The notes: generated by a model not told the origin, from the letters alone. A stretch of 64,000 nt of DNA from Enoplolaimus lenunculus (GCA_030248215.1 JASANG010003711.1:1-64000); one strand, 5' to 3'. Shown: positions 1 through 12,531, numbered from the stretch's first letter. Numbers and translations: made by a program.

Positions 1-471
1 TCGCCTGGTTATATATACTGTCACTATTAGAATCTTTACATTTCATTTCTTTGTAGTGTTCGTAAAATGGTTCTGAACTCCACGTAAGTGCATCGTCTGC
101 TGTAGTTTTTGCCAACTACTCGAAAGTTCAAAATGCTAGTGATCATGCTACATGTGATTGTTAGTAAATTAGCACAGCATTCCGGCACAACCAAGAAGCA
201 TTTTGTCAATTTTAAGTGTATTAAATCACGAAAATAGGATCATTTAGATCATAACCTGTTTGGCATACTTTCATGACGGGTGTCCCGTTTCCCGAAGGAT
301 AGCAATAATGCCGGATAACAGCAATTGCTACTCCTGTTTGTGCATACGCGTAGATTATTAGACTTTGTTGTTATTCTTGTTATTTAAAGTTTGGTTAGCA
401 AGAACGCTTCGTGCGGTGGGCTTGGGGGGCTGCAGCCCCCATCCTGCTTAGGACCTTTCCAAGTGCGGGGA

Positions 472-559
472 GCGCAGGGAGCGCAAGCCCCCCTGATAAA
501 ATTAGGGAGTGGAAGCCCCCTGATAAAATTAGGGAGCGCAAGACTCGCTGATAAAATTA
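472..559. repeat. Short tandem repeat, about 27 bp x3, in a GC-rich repeat-like patch
   Basis: Unit AGGGAG(C/T)G(C/G)AAG..CTGATAAAATT recurs three times; preceded by the palindrome GGGGGCTGCAGCCCCC near 425-440. Confidence 0.7.
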
Positions 560-964
560 ATCTCAAAAAATATTGTTGTCCCATTTTCTGTTTTTCCTAC
601 GAAAATATATAGCTCCACCATTTTCCCGCTTCCCAAAAGCATATTGTTGCAAGGGTGTCCACACAAGAGGCATTGGGGGGCCGTTCCCCCACATTTGGTT
701 GGCCCCCCATTGCGATTGAAATTGATTTTTCGAATCATTCATCTCTCCTCATCAGAAATTTTTTCAACTCTACGCGTTTGTTGAATGAAAAAATTGGCAC
801 TGTTAAAATGATTAAAATGCAGTGATATGCAAGTCAGCTGTGGCTACCAAGGACTCAAGTCGGTGCAGAGGGGAGTGACAGGTGGCGCAACCCTAATTAC
901 GAAAATCTACGTTCCCTTACTTTGATCTAACAAATTTTGTACAATATGAAAGGAATTTGATTTG

Positions 965-1360
965 CATCCCATTGTCCCGTTTTCCCATTTGCCACAAACA
1001 TACCTGTCCCGTTTTTCCGTTTTCCCATTTGTTCCGTTTTCCAAGCAAAAAAATTACAGCTGTCCCATTTTCTCATTTGCCCAAAACAAACCTGTTCCAC
1101 AGTTCTGTTTTCCCAGCGAAAATTTGCAGCTGTCTTTTTCCTTTTTTCCCAGCGAAAAATTGCAGCTGTACCATTTCAACATTTGCCCGAAACAAATCTG
1201 TCCCGTTTGCCGTTTTCCTAGCGAAAAATTTGCAGCTGTCCCGTCTTTCTATTTGCCCGAAACAAACCTGTTCCGTTTCACCGTTTTCACAGTGAAAATT
1301 TGCAGCTGTCCCGGTTACCCATTTGCTCAAAGCAAGGCTGTCCCATTTTCACATCTGTCC
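965..1360. repeat. Minisatellite, about 70-bp unit
   Basis: CAGCTGT anchor at about 1057, 1127, 1163, 1233 and 1303, with recurring ATTTGCCCGAAACAAACCTGTTCCG. This explains the spurious ORFs at 957-1441. Confidence 0.8.
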
Positions 1361-2664
1361 GTAATGCTGTCGGCAGGAGTATATGAAATTATCCCGATTA
1401 CACTCTTGTGTTTTGCTGACCCGAGGGTAAACGGGCTGTAACGAGGGAAAACGGGACGCCCCTAAAAGATTTATACCGCAGACCAGGTCCAACATAATAT
1501 TATTTGCCGCACCCGATTTGAAAAATGAAAACTTACTCCTTAATTCTCTGTAGGACATTTTACCAATGCTGTATAGACAGTAATTAACCGTACACGCGAC
1601 AAGGTTGCGTCAGGTTTGTTGCTATTTGAGGGCCGTTACTAAGCAGCAGGATGATAGATATCGGGTGCAATCTGATTCTACTGAGATGTTTTATAACAAC
1701 ATTGCCCCTGCAGGTGAAATTCTCTAAACTTTTCTTGTGCAAATGTTCAAGCCTCCAGAAATTTCGGTTATGTGTTATTAAAGTAACCCTTATTCTCGTC
1801 GGTGCTTTGGGACATATCTTTTCGGGTTAAGCGTCGAAAAGCGAGATTATACCTAATCAAATTTGAGTTTAGAGACTTATGCTCTGTGCAGCTTTGCTTG
1901 GATAATTAAGCTTTTGTTTCAAACAGAATTCAACCAAACTGAAATCCAATTGATTTGCTCAACAACCAAATCTTGTGGCATACAGATGAAAAATTATGAT
2001 AGAATATTTATGAAATTTCCCAAAGCTTCGGTGCAGCCCGAATCTACTTTCAATGCAAAATCGTGAACCTGTCAAGGCTTAATGAATGAAGCTTTAGATA
2101 AAATTTTAAGCTTGTCCTTACATTAAAGCTTATTGTTAGGCTTCGGAATATGCTTAGACTACTGTTATATATGCACGTGAAAGTAACATTTTGTATGTTG
2201 CAGAAACATGACGTTTTAAAGACGACTTCTGTGTTTAAGTCGATTTTGGACTTAAGTCCTGAAAGAAGTTTAAACGCCTAATTCTCACCTAAGCCTAAGA
2301 CGGAACTTTGCCTAATCCTAAACGTAAGGTTGAGTCTTGCCGAGCCAAACGATTGCCGAATTTTAAACCTAAAACCTAACACTAGCCAAAGGAATGGCTT
2401 GCAATGAATTCTTTGAAATCACAAAATCCCGAAATCCCGCCACAAACAAGACCTGTCAATTTTTTAGCTGAGACTGTGTGATTTTAAAACGGTTGTAAAT
2501 TACTTACGTATACAAGGACCCATCCAGTGTACACCCACCAGACAACTGAATGCACATGCCATTTTGTCAACACTTGCGCCATTGAAAGGTCGCTGTTTTT
2601 TCTGTGGCACAAAGAAGTTTCCGCTTTTTAATACATAATCTCTGATGGGACTCTGTTTTACCGA

Positions 2665-2849
2665 GGTATCACGACATTTCATTGCCTCCGACAACTCGTG
2701 GACGTGACAACTTGTCTCCCAGACAGTTCGCCGATCCCGAGAACTCGTCGTCGACCTTGACAACTTGTAGCATTACTGGTCACAGCCGACAACTCGTTGC
2801 CCCGACAACTTGTCAACCATGATAACAGACGACGAATTGTCGTAGATTC
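2665..2849. mobile_element. Non-autonomous element built of CGACAACTCGTC subrepeats
   Basis: Ends GGTATCACGACA ... TGTCGTAGATTC match, in reverse orientation, the ends of the copy at 12532-12875. Confidence 0.6.
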
Positions 2850-2929
2850 GTTTAAAAAATAAAGAACGCAAAAAATTAATTATAATCTCAGTAAATTACT
2901 CGCATAGAAATTGGTTTTTCGGACCCTTT

Positions 2930-3000
2930 GCGAGCGAAGCGAGCCAGAAACCAAGCGCCATTTTAGTGTTAAACCTTAAATTCAAAATCTTGGCTCCCCC
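2930..3000 (+). repeat. Short dispersed repeat family (GCGAGCGAAGCGAGCGAGAAGCCAAACGCAATTTTAG)
   Basis: Related copies near 17138, 17317, 34160, 39061, 54084 and 54219 on +, and near 31370-31440, 32535-32590 and 48888-48921 on -. Confidence 0.6.
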
Positions 3001-4029
3001 ATTTAATAAGCCAGTAGGAAGGAGGAATAGATTGAGACCTGCCGCTCTTACACTTTTGGTAAGAACAGGAAAACACCGCAGGAACTACTGCAAAAAGACA
3101 CCAACGTTACTCGCTGTAGAGTCGTCAATGAACAATATTTTTTTATCGCCGTTGCAGCCAAGTATGTGGACTCATTTTTACAGTACCGTAAACGGTACGT
3201 GGTGGGTGGCCTATAACTCAAAACTACAAAACTTAAGTAAAATGTTGGCTTTAAGTTGGAATTAGATTCAATCATGTTTATGCATCCCAGCTACCGGCAC
3301 AATATCCGAAAGCTTTTAAGCAGATCTATTCGCGAGTCCAGATTCGCTCGCCCTAATTTTATGCGTAATGATATAGCGGAAGGTCACAATATTTCTTCAG
3401 ATTACCTTTTGAATAATTTAACAGGTGGTGAAAGTTTGTATGAGGGATTTCTATTAACAATGATTGTGATCCAAAAGAAAATAATAAAAGCTACAAAAAC
3501 GCTTGAAATTTTCCAATGAAGATTATTAAAGTTAACAAATTCATGTTCATTAAAACAAGTCATCAGATGTAGAATGGATTGACAAAAACTATTACCGTCC
3601 CACGGCCTATTAGATATAAATTTTATTGTTAAAACATAATTTTGAACAACGGTGTTTGAAATTGTGAAGTCGGATATCAAGAAAATGTTTAAGCTAGTGG
3701 TCATATGGAAGCTCTTTATCTGTTGGAAGTACAACATGCGCATAAAGCAGTTTTAGGTCTACGTGTAATAGTAATATTTTACACGCTACACTGCTGTATT
3801 TGATTTCGTTTATGCAATTATGTATTAGGGCTTCAGAATACATTGCCATTACAAAAAGCTTTTTCTGAAAGTAAAATTAAAAGTGGAATGGATTCAAGGT
3901 GGTATTTGTAAGCAAGTGAGACATGCTTTTCCTGGTGCAATGCAACATATATGCAGTGCACATTGTGTAGTATGCTTGCAGGCAGCATTCGGTTGACATA
4001 TAGCCGACAATAGAAGCGGTTGGATGGTG

Positions 4030-4091
4030 GGTTACGCGGTGTAATGGTAACAGCCAGGTCGCTAGTTCGAAACCACCCGTAACCCGCTTTT
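4030..4091 (+). pseudogene. tRNA-derived sequence lacking the anticodon arm (tRNA pseudogene or SINE head)
   Basis: Acceptor-like stem GGTTACG/CGTAACC, A-box-like GGTGTAATGG, B-box GTTCGAAACC, and TTTT at 4088-4091. Only 55 nt between the stem ends. Confidence 0.5.
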
Positions 4092-4381
4092 CCAGCTGCG
4101 TAGTTAAAAGGTCAGAATTTCTGGTTTCTACCTAGACTGACAGTATTGTTTAGCAAGCTTAAGCTGATTGTTTCCTCAGCGAAATTTTCTGGTGGTTTTT
4201 TGCTAACCGTAGAAAGTTATCCGAGTAAGCATGTCTGTGAGTGAAAAAATTTTACAAAAAGTTTGGTTTGAATAGTTAGAAAGATGTGTTCAGAGTAAAC
4301 TGAAGCCAGTTTTTGTAATCTAGTCCATGAAGTTTAACTGTTGATTTGTTGAAAGTTTTTTCACGTGCAGGATTAGTAACA

Positions 4382-7300
4382 ATGAAGTTTTCTGAACATT
4401 TGGCCAGCCATTTGACTCCTGAATGGAGAAAGCAATATATAGAGTACGACAAAATGAAGGTAAGTTTTATTAGTTCATAAATGTGAAATCATTGTACGAC
4501 TATAAATGCACTTGAAAAGTTCTATTTCTAAGTCCATTGAGTTACTGGAAGTCTGTTCCCAGATAAAGAAGAATTTTAAAGCTAAGGGTAACCAAAGGTA
4601 AAACATGCTATCAAATGAAAATGTACGTATGTAGTTATGCCTATTTCTTACTATCTTTCAAAAATTAGTATCCGGCAACTACCGATCTTTTTATTTAAAT
4701 CAGTGTTAACTGTGTGCTGATTCTTGCAAAAGATATTGGAGAAGTTATGCACATACTCTCTTTGCCTGGTGATTTAAACCATCAGTTGCTTGTTCCTCTA
4801 AATTTTTTTGTTATATCATATGCCACGGGCGCCATATATGTATATGGCTTTAATCTGTACGCTGTTTAATATATTGATTTGTAGGAAATGCTGTATGAAG
4901 TCCTAGAGAAGGCGCCACCTGCAGAGCTGGCTTCGCGTGCATTATTTTTTAAAGAAAAAGATATCGAATTCTTCAAATTCAGCGCTTCCGAGTTGAACAA
5001 GATTAATTTGTTTTTCGCAAAGAAATTAGCAGAAGCAAAAATGCGGTTTATTGAACTAAAAAGCAGGTAAGCCGGTATCGGGCTCCCAGTGTGAAAATTG
5101 GAAGTCACGTACACCCTGTAGCACCACGTGTTTTATAAAAATTATTTTGACATGACGTGCGGCGAGTATTGCACCACCCTATGTCTTCAGTTGTTTTTTA
5201 GTTTGGTTGCTTGCTGTACGTACTGTACTATATTATTTCCATTGCAACATTCGTTTGGTTAACATTAAAACACGTATTTTTTGTAATTTCAGACTTGATA
5301 ATGCTACGCCAGCTTTTCTATCAGATGACAAATACGGCACAATAAGCGTTTTGCGACGCTCAGCAACGTATTTATCAGCAAAACGTAACGAGAAAATTAT
5401 CGATGATCTTCGATTCGCGTATTCCGAATTTTATTTTAGTCTCATTCTCATTCAGGTATTGGCGTTAGTCCAAATGTTCTTTCGCACAAATAAAACACTA
5501 TCAACGTGGCAAACTGCTCTTCACTACTTTGAGATCACATGATTCTTGCAGCACAGCTAGATTTGCTATTATTTCATTTTAATAAATTCAGGGTTGTTTT
5601 GTAAATTTTTTGTCTGGCTTAGCGGTAAGCGGAAGTAAATATATTCAGAATAGATTATTATAGATAACTGATGTTCTTACACCGCTTATTTCAATTTGTT
5701 TTAGAATTATCAGGAACTTAACTTCACGGGTTTTCGTAAAATCCTCAAAAAGCACGACAAATTATTTGAAAACTCACAGGGAACGCAGTGGAGGCATGAC
5801 AATCTTTTTGATGCTGTATTTTATACAAACAAAGAGGTAAGTTGTATAAAATGCAGACGGTTTTGCTTCACTGAGGAGATGTGTACCGCTTTAAAATTCA
5901 GTAGTACCTGACGTTATACGGATGTCCAGTTTGGTTGTGCGCTACGCGATATCGCTTTGAGCGTTCGTTTAACTCGACTATGCCGAAGCATTCGAGTTGG
6001 TAAGGGCTGTAATTGATATGGATTAAAACACTGGTTTTAGAAGAGAACTAGCAAATCGTGAATGATGATTCAGGAAGCCTGTAACATGTCCTGTCAATGA
6101 TGCTGTCAGATTCTGTAAGGCCCGCGGCGTTCCATGCACCCCACTCGTTATATCCCTGTCATGCTATATGCGGCGTGTATTTTTTCAGATTGACGAATTA
6201 ATCTCAGAAACCGAGCAGCTAATGATCAATCGAATAGAACAGGGCGATCGTACGAAAGCCATGAAACGCTTGCGAGTACAACCGATGGCAGAAATTCAGT
6301 CGCCGTGGACAACGTTTCGGCTCGGATTGTACTTAGGCAGCTTTGTTATGCTGGTCGGCATTATATTGTTTACCATTGCATTTAAGGATATGACTGGAGA
6401 AATACCTTGGGTATGTTATTGGCCTATTTATATACTTGCTGTTTGGTCGGCTTCATTTCTCGTAAAAACGATCGAAAAAATAATGGATTTTCATCTGAGA
6501 GGTATTATTAGTAATAGAAAGAGTGGATGATCACTCTAACAAGCGTGTGCAACTACCGAAATTTGTATGGTACAAAATGTACCACCGGGCGTTACATTTT
6601 TGGCCGACCCCCCTTGTTTAGAGGGGGGTCGCTATCACATGCATACCCTAAATTAAACTGTAAAACGTGTTTGACGCCGCACTTGGTAATAGCAAGAGTG
6701 GATGATCACTGTTACAAGAGTGTGCAACTTCCGAATCGTGTGTGGTACAAAATGTACCAGCGGGCGTGTTGTATTTTTGGTCGACCCACCCTTGCTTAGA
6801 AGGGGGTCGCTATCACATGAGTACCCTTAAATTAAACAGTAAGGGGAGTATGTTTGACGCTGCATACATAAAGTACCATGGTTCGCACCAGTTGTAAGTG
6901 TTATGGCGTGTTGTATTGTAAATGTGGGATCTTCGAAACTATAAGAAGCCTGTGCCTGTTAAAATCGTATTCTTCCTTTAACTAACTTTAGGTAATCAAG
7001 AAATTAATGACCAGCCGTAGTGGGGCTACATGTATTGAGCGATGCTCAAGCACAGTTAGGCAATTAAGCTAATATGCAAATTAGTTATTAGCAAACTGTT
7101 TATTTATCGGTTTTGGAGGTTTGTAAACCTTTCATTCAGATTCCTCGTACCCAAAGATCCTTCAGAGACCTATCAAGCATGCTAATATGCAAATTAGCTA
7201 TTAGCCAATTACTAAATTATCGGTTTTGAAGGTTTGTAGACAATTTGTTCAGATTCCTCGTACCCAAACCCGTTATTGCTGAAATTAGATTGCTTGTAAC

Positions 7301-10300
7301 CCTTATAATTGGTGAAATATTGTAAAACGTCATAATTTAGGATAATCAATTATGGTAATATGCAAATGAGCTATTAGCTAACTATTCAAATATCGATTTC
7401 GAAGGTTTGTAGATAATTTATCCAGATTTCTCGCACCCAAAAACCCTTTATTGCTCAAGTTAGATTGTGTGTAACCCGAATAATTGGGGAACAAAAAGTC
7501 GTAATTTAGGCTTATCAATTATGTTAATATGCAAATTTGCTATTAGCTAACCTTCAATTATCGGTTTTAAAGTTTCGTAGACAATTTATTCAGATTGCTC
7601 GCACCAGAAAACCCTTTATTGGTGAAATCGGATTGCATGTAACCATAATAATTAGTGAATAAGAAGTCCTAATTTAGGCTTATCAATTATGCTAATATAT
7701 ATGTAAATTAGCTATTAGCTATAGTGCTGACAGTAGATTACTTGTAACTGTAATAATTAGTGAAATAATGAAGAAAGCCTCATTTAGGCTTAACTAATTA
7801 TTCTAATTAGACTGTAGCTAATAAACGGCTTGAAATTTTAAAACCCCAATGCGAGGCTAACAGCCCAGGATAATTGGCTTTCAGACAAAAAAGTTTATCA
7901 AAATCTGTTCAGTGGTTCCTTACATTTTTTGGACGGACGGACAGACGGACATCCACCTTTCGTCCCCAGCGAGCACAAAATAGAAAACGCTTCGCGAAAC
8001 TCCGATCTTCGCTCGGAATTTTACTTCGCTCAATCAATATATTACGAATTATATAATTGCACCTTCAACTGTTTTATCGTTGTATTGAAGCATTTGTTCA
8101 TTCTAGGTTGGTGTTCGACTGTTCCGCGGTCTCTTTTTCATTTATCTGTTTACGTTTTTGGTTGGCGTTAATATGTACGGCTGGCAGCGGTCAGGCGTGA
8201 ACCATGTACTTATTTTTGAAATTGATCCAAGGAATCATCTAAAATACCAAACGCTAATGGAAATTGCTTCTATGTTTCTTGTACTTTGGGCATGGTAAGC
8301 GTTATACTTTTATATTTGACCTGTCCGTTTAGTCTTTGACATTAACAATAAGATCTGCTAAAGTTGTGCGGTTGAATCTCGCGTGTTTTGTTTGAAATTG
8401 ACAATAGAAACTAGGGAAAGTTTATAAGATTTTGGAGCAGATTTTGACGAAATGTATTGAGCGAAGCTAAGACATACTTGTGAAATGATTTAAGAAGTTC
8501 TAATTTAGGCTTAACTAATTAAGCTAATATGCAAATTATGTATTAGCTAACTATTCAGGTATCAGTCTTGGAGGTTTATAAACAATTTGTTCAAATTTCT
8601 CACGCCCAAAAACCCTTTAGTACTGAATTTGATTGCTCGTAACCCTAATAATCAGTGAAATAATATAAAATGGCCTTGAAGGTTTATAGACAATTTATTC
8701 CGATTGCTCGCACACAAAAACCCTAATAATCAGTGAAATAATTTAAGATGTCTTAATTTAGGCTTAGTAATCAAGCTAATATGCAAACGAGCTAATAGGT
8801 ATCTATTCAGTTGTTGGTTTTGGAGGTTTATAAACAGTTCAGATTTTCCGCCCCTGAAAACCGTTTAGCACTGAATGTTATTCCTTATAACCCTAATTAT
8901 TAGTAAAATAATTTAAAAAGTCCTAATTTAGGCTTAATTAATTAAGCTAGTATGCAAATTAGTTATTAGGTAACTATTCAATTATCGGTTTTAGAGGTTA
9001 TAAACATTTTATTCTGATTTCTTTTGGTGCTGAAATTGGATTTGTTGTAACTAATAATTCGTAATTCGTCAAATACAGTAAAAAGTACTAATTTAGGATT
9101 AACCACTTATGCAAATTAGCTTGTAGTTGATAAACGGCCTAAAGTTTTAAAACTCCAATGCGATGTTAAACCCCAGGATAAAAAGTTTTCATACAAAAAA
9201 GTTTATCAAAATCGGTTCAGCAGTTTGTGAAATTCTTTTCGGGCGGACAGACGGACATCATCTTTCGACTTCCGAGCACAAAATATAAAACGCCACGCGA
9301 AACTCCGACCTTCTCTTGGAGTTTTGTTTCGCTCAATAATGTAAGCGATGCAGCTTAACATTCAAAATCCGTTTCCGTTTGGTCTCCAACACCGTATAAT
9401 TGTTTTTGTTCATTTTTTGCTGTCTCACGATTTAAACAGTCCGTGAATGTGTAAAATGGATATGATTTTCTCCATCCAATTGGTGTTGACTTTTATTTGC
9501 CATTTTAATATTTTTGTATTTCCAGGTGCGTCATGGGCTATCTGTACTATGATGTGATACGAATTCCAAAACTTGTGATGCCTTTTTTGCTCATGGTGAT
9601 TTCAGTTATATGGCTTTTGAATCCTTTCAACTTTGGACACCGTTCTGCGAGGTATTGGTTTTTGAGAAAGGTAGGTTCAAGTTGAGCGTTAGTTGATTAG
9701 CGTTGATTTAGTCATTTTGTACAATGCTAACGTCATTTGTAATTACGTACTTCCAGGGTATGTAATTTTCACGATGTAATCAGTAAATGCCGATTGCAAA
9801 TGCGTCAGATTTCAAATTCATAAGCAACTTTTTAACCAATCATAGAGCCTAGGCATAATGAGACATATTGAACCTAAATGTGCATAGAATTACGTATTGT
9901 TTTTACGTATATGTATGTTTTGCATTTTTAGGTATATGTATGTTTTGCAATACTTAGTCACGCTGTGTTATTTGCTGACTTTTGGCTTGCTGATCAAATG
10001 AACTCAATGGTGACGTTTTTCCAAGATATGGAATATTTTGTTTGCTTTTACACAACCGAAGTCGATTGGGCAGATGGTATGAGAATTCGAAATATGACCG
10101 CTGGTGAATGGCCTGGCGTAGACTATCAAAACGGCAATGATGTGTGTATGACCAATATTTATGGTAAACATTTTATATTCGCAATAAATGTCAAGACTGA
10201 ATGTTTTGTCGCAACACCTTAAAGTTTAATCGCTGTTGATTTCGTAAAACTAATTGAGCTGGAGCAAACGTGATTTTTGATTCAGAGGTATTGAAACTTT

Positions 10301-12530
10301 GAGTTGCCCGTGACAGTAATGGTTTCGCTATACGTTTTGACTGTATTAGTGTAGTCCGACAATACACGTGAATTGCCTCATGCCGCCGCATAACATTTTA
10401 TAGGCAATCTAGCGCCACCCTAAAACAATATGGTGCAGTTAAATATCCAGCTGTTTTAATATTTCAAAATATTAACATATGTAAAACTATTTTAGGAATA
10501 CGTCCAATTATCAAAATAATTCCGGCCGCCCTTCGATTCTTTCAGTGCATTAGGCGATATGTTGACTCAAGACATCGACATCCTCATATAACCAACGCAG
10601 GTACGGCTTTGAAAATGTCTGAAATTCATGTAGGTTCTCAAGTGGAAAAAGAATGAAAATTGCAGTGCAGCAATGTTTCCAGAGGTACGCTTGCAACACT
10701 TGTTCTGATTGTTGAAGCTTGCTTTTGTCAACAATTTTAATGTTTCGAAAGCACTGTTAGCACTGTGGACGTTGGCATTTCAGGTAAATACTCAACGACG
10801 TTCTTTGTTGTACTGCTGGGCACGCTCAAGTCGTGGTATGTTGTGTATAGCCCACACGATGCTGACAATCCATTTTTCTATCTCTGGGTAATTGCGTATG
10901 TAATATCGACGTGTTATACTTATACTTGGGACATAAAAATGGATTGGGGCCTTATGGAATGTTCAGCTGAAGCGAACGAACAGCCTGGTCTCCGGGAAGA
11001 GCTAGTATACAACAGTATATGGTAAGAATCTAATTATTGTAGTTCGCTAATAAACGAAGAATCTTGTGTCCAGCACTCTTGCCATAAATGACCGACTAAG
11101 TTTATACTTGCAAAGACTGCCGTCCATTAATTTGAGAAGTTATATGGATTATCAAACGCCATGTGTGATTGAGAGCAAAATAAATAAACTTATGTGAATG
11201 GGTCTTTTGTGTGTAATTCAGCAAAATAACTGTTTTAGCAGAGAAATGTAGCTATTTTGAAGATTTATTGAGCAGAACCTGAAAAGCAAAATATTGTGTG
11301 TGTGGTGTGCGCAAAATTATAATTGAAACATTGAATTATCATTACTGTTTTAGGTACTATTACGCAGCAATTGTCGTTAATTTTTTCTTGCGTATGGCGT
11401 GGACGCTTAATGTATCGTTACACGATCTTATGAGCGACTACACGGACCTGCTTGTTACTATCACAGCGCTACTGGAGGTGTTTCGCAGATTTGTATGGAA
11501 CTTTTTCCGTCTCGAAAATGAACACCTGAACAATTGTGGCGAATTTCGTGCCGTACGGGACATTACGCTCAAACCAATTCCGCATGTAATGGATGCCGAC
11601 GAGCTACGAAACTCACTGTTTAAAGCGATGGCTAAAGCTGCGTCTCGTCGTGGGGGTGGGGGTGGGGGTGCAAATGCGGGCAGCAAATCGGCGCATAATC
11701 CTGCACTTGGCCGCCATGGGACCGCAGATCAGTATGCGCCACTTATACGCCATTGCGCAACTTCGCCAGAGTTTCGTAACGCCGCTGGGTCAACGCGAGG
11801 ATCGACCCCTGCTAGAAATAGCGGCGACGTAGATGGGAATGTCGGACAAGAGCTCTTGGCAGAAGATAACGATGACACGTCGTGTTATGACCCGACACCG
11901 CGTAGAAATCAGTCTTCTGGTATGAATACGTTGTTCACCAACGCATTTGGAGCGTTGCGGCCACGGAAACGGCAGCCTAAAACTAATTCTGGGTTGGGAT
12001 TTGGGTTAGGGTTGTCACAACGAAAGCGCAATCGTTCTGGTGGAGAAACTTTTGTCATTGACGCATATAGCAAAACGGATAATGCGGTCACGATGACAAA
12101 GCATCGGACGGACGGACTTCAAGGTGCTGAAACCCCACCGCCAACTCCACAACTGGGTGATACTCGTCATAGTTTTGGCGACACGGGTAAGGACGATCTA
12201 ACTGCAGTAGCGCTGTGCCCGAAAGCGGATGTCAGAGAAGTGACGCTGTTGGATGATGCGACTAAGCCGAAACGGAAAGATAAAAAACAAGTATCAGTTT
12301 TGGTTGCTGGGAAACAGTATGATGTTAGAAAGAACGCAGATTCTGCTGGGGCTGTAGAGTCCGAGCAACCTGGGAAAAATATGCCGACAGTGGAGCCAAA
12401 GCTACAACCATTATTGGAACATGAAGAAATTGGACGCATAGTTAGCCCAAAAGTTGCCGAACGGCTGGCAAAGGTTGAAGCGGCTTACTCAAGCTTTGAC
12501 GTTAATGATTTGAATCAAATGACAGTTTAA
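4382..12530 (+). CDS. XPR1: XPR1/SYG1-family SPX-EXS phosphate exporter, 11 coding exons, 953 aa
   Basis: join(4382..4459,4885..5066,5293..5455,5705..5836,6189..6410,8107..8294,9526..9670,9932..10163,10496..10600,10784..11021,11354..12530) = 2862 nt; all introns GT-AG with consistent phases. SPX motifs: [26 protein letters not shown] and [19 protein letters not shown]. Membrane/EXS motifs: [77 protein letters not shown]. Confidence 0.96.
6511..6865. repeat. Tandem duplication, 175-bp unit x2 (XPR1 intron 5)
   Basis: GTAATAG.AAGAGTGGATGATCACT ... GGGGGTCGCTATCACATG ... GTTTGACGC begins at 6511 and again at 6686. Confidence 0.85.
7011..8034 (-). mobile_element. DINE-1/HINE-like non-autonomous Helentron-type element, full length
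   Basis: Subterminal inverted repeats ATTGAGCGAWGC / CTTCGCTCAAT, terminal stem-loop GTAGTGGGGCTAC, (GGAC/AGAC)n microsatellite, and central tandem repeats of about 170 bp containing ATGCAAAT. Confidence 0.75.
8455..9337 (-). mobile_element. DINE-1/HINE-like element, second copy
   Basis: TATTGAGCGAAGC at 8455 and TTCGCTCAAT at 9337; same central repeats and the ATCAAAATCGGTTCAG + GGACAGACGGAC block. Confidence 0.75.
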
Positions 12531-12531
12531 A

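Noticed and set aside
957..1441. ORFs of 112 and 159 aa
   Set aside because: They are translations of a 70-bp minisatellite, with repetitive peptide and no splice or domain support.
278..1462. Possible large TIR element (GGGTGTCCCGTTTCCC ... GGGAAAACGGGACGCCC)
   Set aside because: The inverted match is short and imperfect, resembles the internal GTCCCGTTT subrepeat, and no TSD was found.
3040..3743. Short overlapping ORFs as a possible decayed gene or transposase
   Set aside because: No recognisable motif, several stops and no consistent exon chain. BLASTX would be needed.
7011..9337. Regularly spaced repeats as a possible CRISPR array
   Set aside because: The units are tandem repeats of about 170 bp without unique spacers, in a eukaryotic intron, with no cas genes.
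11991..12013. TTAGGG-like sequence as a telomere insertion in the XPR1 CDS
   Set aside because: There is only one exact TTAGGG, the motif differs from the TTAGGC seen elsewhere, and Gly-Leu codons explain it.
11438..12439. Antisense and alternate-frame ORFs over the last XPR1 exon (likewise 43648, 44490, 63274 and 63617 over GATA exons)
   Set aside because: These are shadow ORFs expected over GC-richer coding sequence.
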